DNA of 63,883 nt, filler included, from Olpidium bornovanus S191 (taxonomy: Eukaryota > Fungi > Olpidiomycota), in the NCBI GenBank assembly GCA_017911155.1. It is 32 parts of 32 records of this genome, joined end to end, with 100 filler letters (N's around TTAATTAATTAA, not from the genome) between each part and the next. Parts side by side here need not be neighbours in the genome. Positions count along the whole stretch, not along the records: positions 59,133 to 61,286 come from JAEFCI010006933.1; positions 61,387 to 62,760 come from JAEFCI010011411.1; positions 62,861 to 63,883 come from JAEFCI010008567.1; 29 more parts are not named here. One strand, written 5' to 3'. Numbering within the stretch: position 1 is the stretch's first letter; every line of letters begins with the position of its first letter. This document shows, in pieces, positions 59,801-63,883 of this stretch. A program made the translations under genes and the position numbers. The notes beneath the pieces were generated by a model. The model made no database searches. It was not told the origin of the DNA and saw only the letters and a list, made by a program, of their open reading frames with translations.

Positions 59801-61386
59801 GTGCGTCTTTTCTTTTTTGGGAGCTGCGCGGACGGGCTTTGGGCCACAGCCGCGCGGGCGGTCGCGGTGCGGCGGCAATTCACCTCGTCGGAGCGCGCGG
59901 GAACATTCGCAGAAGTCGAGCGTGGCGCCGATCCTCAGCCAGCTGAAAATTCACTACCGCGCGGATTTTGCGAAGTGAAGAATCCCCGTCAGGTCTCTGC
60001 GGGGGTAAAAATTATCTTTTTAGGGGGAAAAAAAAAGAAAACGAAAAGAAATCCAAGTCCCTGTCAAGACTGCAAATATCTCGCGTCCGACTTAATTTTG
60101 TTATCACACACAAAAGGAAAAAAAAAAAAAAAAAACTGAGAGACAAGGAGGTGGGTGGTCGATGAGGTGCCGGAACGCTTGCACGACAGCGGGAAACCAT
60201 GTACGCACACTCCGGCGTAGAACTGGCAGTCATTACAGAAAGCAATTCACATCCGCGAACGCGTGGTCCCCCCCCCCCCTCTCCGACGGGAATCATCGAA
60301 CTTGCCTGCTTACCAGCCAAAGCTAACGATTCTCGTCGGTGAAACATGGGCGCCAGCCCAGCAGCGAGGCTGTCGCCCACAGGAGTCAAGCCGCAAAAAA
60401 ATGAAAGTCTGGTTTACCAGCGACGCCATGAAGAAACCCCTCTCGTCGATGGATTTCCGTATTCCGCACCTTTCCTGTTCGAAATCCCAAAATTTCAAAT
60501 GGATTCACCGAAAGCCAGCGACACGCTATCCGGGTCTTTATTATTCCGAAGAAACCATGAACCTGGACCGCTTCCTGCTTTCCGTTTGCGTTCGGGTGGG
60601 GGACAAGTCTCCCAATGTTCGCAGAAACTCGCTGTATGCGTACGAGATCGCCTGAGCAGATGATGGTTTCCGACCTGTGAAAACTCCCGTCACGCACTTT
60701 CGTGATTGGCTTCGTAATTGATGGAATATCCAAATAATTAATAATTAATCTTTGTGCAGTGGCCGATACACCGCGCCCTACGTTCAATAATTTCGATTAT
60801 TAGAGTTAGTAATATAAAAAGAATCTGTTAATCTCGCCCACCCCAAGGTTGAGGAAATGATCTAAAGTGAACGCCACTGGGAAGGCAGGCGTAACGAACC
60901 GAGTGGCATATTCCATTTCTACAGCGCTAGCGTACCAGCTTCTCAATCAGGTTTTTCTCCGCCGGGATGCGGGTCGCGCGTTCCATCGTTCTATTCTTCT
61001 CGACGATTCCCTGGGCGGTTTTTGTGCCAAGCAAAATGTCAAGCAAAATACTGGCACCCCCTTTCATCGAGCAGAATTGCTAGAGCTGATTTGAGAGGCG
61101 ACGCAACGGCCGAGCATAATATATCTCCGCATGGGACGACGCAGCGGGTCAGGCTCGGCTTCGTTATACAACAAGTCGGGAAGCACTCTCCCTCCGATGC
61201 AAATGTGCGTGGTTCCATTGTCCTTAATGGATCCCGAATTCATCTGCGCGATACGAGCTGCACCGTCCTCATAAGCGAACGGCGGGNNNNNNNNNNNNNN
61301 NNNNNNNNNNNNNNNNNNNNNNNNNNNNNNTTAATTAATTAANNNNNNNNNNNNNNNNNNNNNNNNNNNNNNNNNNNNNNNNNNNN

Positions 61387-62061
61387 AGGGCGATCGGCGG
61401 CGGCCGAGGGCGATCGTCCGTGATCAGGGTCGCCCGCCGCTGTGGGACGGTTGTATCCCAAGCCCTTTTCCCCGTCGGCGGATGTTCGGTCACCCGACAC
61501 GATCATGGTGTACTTTTCCATGAACGACCTGCTGGCGTTGGATCCGCTCGATGATGCTCCTCCAGGCTTGGGTGGCCCGGTTTCCCTTGCCGGAGGGACT
61601 GCAGGCGCCTGCCGTTGGTTGGGATTGTCAGGGCTTAACGGCGAGTATTCTCCGCGCGGATTGGGCCCGCGGTTATCGTCGCCGTCGCCGTCGTCGCCGC
61701 CGTCTTCGCGAACAGCCAATTGTGAGCACGCAAGTAGGCATGATAGAGCATTTCAGTACACGCAGTTTGGCGAACGTCGCCATGGGCTCCTGGCAAAGAG
61801 GCGAGCCGCCTCCGGCGCCTGCCCCTTCCCGGTGCAGATTCTGGCCGGCTCTCGAGAGGCCGCCCGCGCATGTTGCAGGGGCCACCGTGAGAACAAGCCC
61901 CGTCGGTTTGACGCACCTGCGCGGCCCACATTCCGACCGATAATGATTGGAAGCGCCGGCGCTTTTTCGCACTCGTGAGTACTGAGTTCGCTGTATCGGA
62001 CGTCGATACCGCAGTTGCCGCACCGGACGGTGGGCAGCACCGTGCTCATTCGCTCGGCCAT
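61387..62061 (-). CDS. Possible fungal paxillin/LIM-type protein N-terminus
   Basis: MSTVLPTVRCGNCGIDVRYSELSTHEC resembles the LPTIKCxxC..HxC N-terminal motif of fungal LIM proteins. The LIM domains themselves are not in the contig. Confidence 0.5.
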
Positions 62062-63883
62062 CGCGGGTAGGCTGGGGAAAGACGACCGGGCCGATGCGTC
62101 AACGGGCTCCAATGGTACGCCCCGCGGCCGCTGCGAGGAGGTCCGGGTTGTTGAGGCGCCTTCTTCTGGGGTCGCGGTCACGCAGCGGCCGGTTCCCACG
62201 GTTCCCGTGTCCAGGACCCTGTTGCGCCGTGGCGTTCGCCCGAGTGCCCGGAAGTTTCGCAACCGCCCGTCAAAGGGTGACCGGAATCATCCACCCCGCG
62301 GGGCCCCGAAGACGAAATCACACCTAGGAAAATGGGAAAAACGTCGGCCGTGACCTGCGCACGAGGGGAATCACTCTCGACAAGCGAAATCTTTGGCATT
62401 TAGCCTTATGATATTACCGCGCGGGGAGCCGCATCTACGCACGCTCCCGCCCTTCCCGGCCAGAGTTCGGTAACTAGCGCATGTCCAGAGCGCAAAGCTG
62501 ACAGCACAAAAGAGGAAATGCGGCAATGGCCGTGACAGGGTGCACGTGCGCACGAGGCCACGGCCCACCGGATCGGCCTAGACCCTGAGCCTCGATCCAA
62601 AACCTGGCTAGACTCGCCAGGCGTAAATCGTACTTGTTACATGTAGCGAAATCTCCCGACCTCAGCAATGCAAGTAAAAGACTACAAAACAAGGAAAGGG
62701 CGTTTAAGGTAATAAGTTTCCTAATCCGCGGCTGCCGATGATCATTGAATACTGCTCGCANNNNNNNNNNNNNNNNNNNNNNNNNNNNNNNNNNNNNNNN
62801 NNNNTTAATTAATTAANNNNNNNNNNNNNNNNNNNNNNNNNNNNNNNNNNNNNNNNNNNNAGGAGATAAGTAGTAGGTCGCCGAGGCGAAGAGGCGCGTG
62901 CGCTCGGGTGCGACCGAAGGGGGGCGGGGGTGGGGGGAAGAAAAAGTAATAAGTGACAAAGATTTAGGAGCATTATATGTGAATAACTGGTTTGAAAGCT
63001 ACAGGAAAAACAGCGAAGGTCGAGGACAGACGTTGACCCCGCAGATGATCGTAACGCGGGCCGTTGAAAGAGGAGCTGGCCGAAGATCGGCAAGAATTCC
63101 TAAGTTGCCCCCCCCCCCCCCCACCTACCGGCGGTCATGACGGGCAGGCGTGCGTACTTCCGAGGTAGACAAGACTCGGTCGCTTGCGGATCGTCCGACG
63201 AAGCGAGAAACCGGTGAGGCATCCACACCAACCCTGACACGGCCCTGCACTTGTCTCTCCCGATGCCGATGAATAAGGTACGTCCGTGAGCGTCCGACGG
63301 CCCCTTCCTTCCCCCCCCTCCCCCCCCCCCCCCCCCCCCCCCCCCTCCCCCTCCTCGTCGGGACAAACAGCGCGCGCCGGGCGTGCGAGAAGCCGACTAG
63401 ACCAACAAAAAAGCGAAGGCGAAGGCGCAAAACTGAGAGACCGTCAGCAAAGATCATTGGACGAGAGTCATCAGTGTGAAGCCGCGAGAGGTGGCCTGGA
63501 CGGGGAGACGGGCAAACTTACGGTAAGGGGGAAGAGAGGGGAAGAAGTGAGCGACCGGCAGGCCCGCACACTGGAGCAGCGGGCGGCCGAGACCTGGTGC
63601 AAGGAGAAGGATCCGGGGGCCAGGGGGGCAAGGCCGGAAAGAGAGTGTATGTGTGTTTGTGTGTTTGTGTGTGTGTTTTTCGTTCGCGCGCGCCGGAAGG
63701 GGAGAGGGACCGCGGGAAAGGGGGGTGTGGAGGGGGGGGGGGGGGCCGGGGGGGAGGGGGGGGGGGGGGGAGAAAGGGGGGCCGTGCGGGCGTGCGCGTG
63801 TCTGGCAAGGACAGTACAGCGCGGCCGATTGATTGATTGATTGGCTAATTGATTGATCGATTGATTTGGCGCCCCGTTGTGTG

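Noticed and set aside
60150-61286. Coding-looking frames on both strands after the TTLL exons
   Set aside because: No recognisable family, and stops interrupt each frame; left unannotated.
1159-63093. ORFs running into X-runs and ending LIN or N
   Set aside because: They read into the artificial linker; TTAATTAATTAA translates as LIN.
4249-63840. Many long Arg/Pro/Gly/Ala-rich or poly-F/K/P/G ORFs in the track
   Set aside because: Shadow frames of GC-rich exons or translated homopolymer and microsatellite introns; no domain signal.
62861-63883. Candidate exons (KVISDKDLGALYVNNWFESYRKNSE) and a terminal (GATT)n run
   Set aside because: Too short to assign; the GATT run is a simple microsatellite.

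Overview
This is not one locus. It is 32 short (about 1-5 kb) eukaryotic contigs joined by 31 identical 100-nt linkers (N44-TTAATTAATTAA-N44), so gene neighbourhood across linkers is meaningless. The DNA is GC-rich and intron-dense (GT-AG), with very long G/C and A/T homopolymers. The genes look fungal (POB3, MLC1, QCR9, ERO1, THP3, MAK11, PRP45, CYB2, ILV2, CPT1/EPT1, TEB1/TAY1, GLC8, ESF1, Msn2-like C2H2). Alongside them are cilium-associated genes (CEP83-like, TTLL2-like) and genes that budding yeast lacks (INTS4, UVSSA, BORCS8, GNPAT-like, SREK1IP1-like). This points to an early-diverging, probably zoosporic fungus; Olpidium is my guess, not verified. Mobile DNA: three Ty1/copia LTR-PBS junctions of the half-tRNAiMet type, a Bianca-like copia remnant, a decayed Ty3/gypsy RT and a Tc1-like remnant. 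Best leads: a possible chromodomain-Teb1 fusion, Integrator subunit 4, an RA-PH-AGC kinase, a 4-nt micro-exon completing a zinc knuckle, CEP83, and a KDEL-terminated Ero1. All family calls come from manual translation and remembered motifs; no search was run. No rRNA, tRNA gene or CRISPR array was found.
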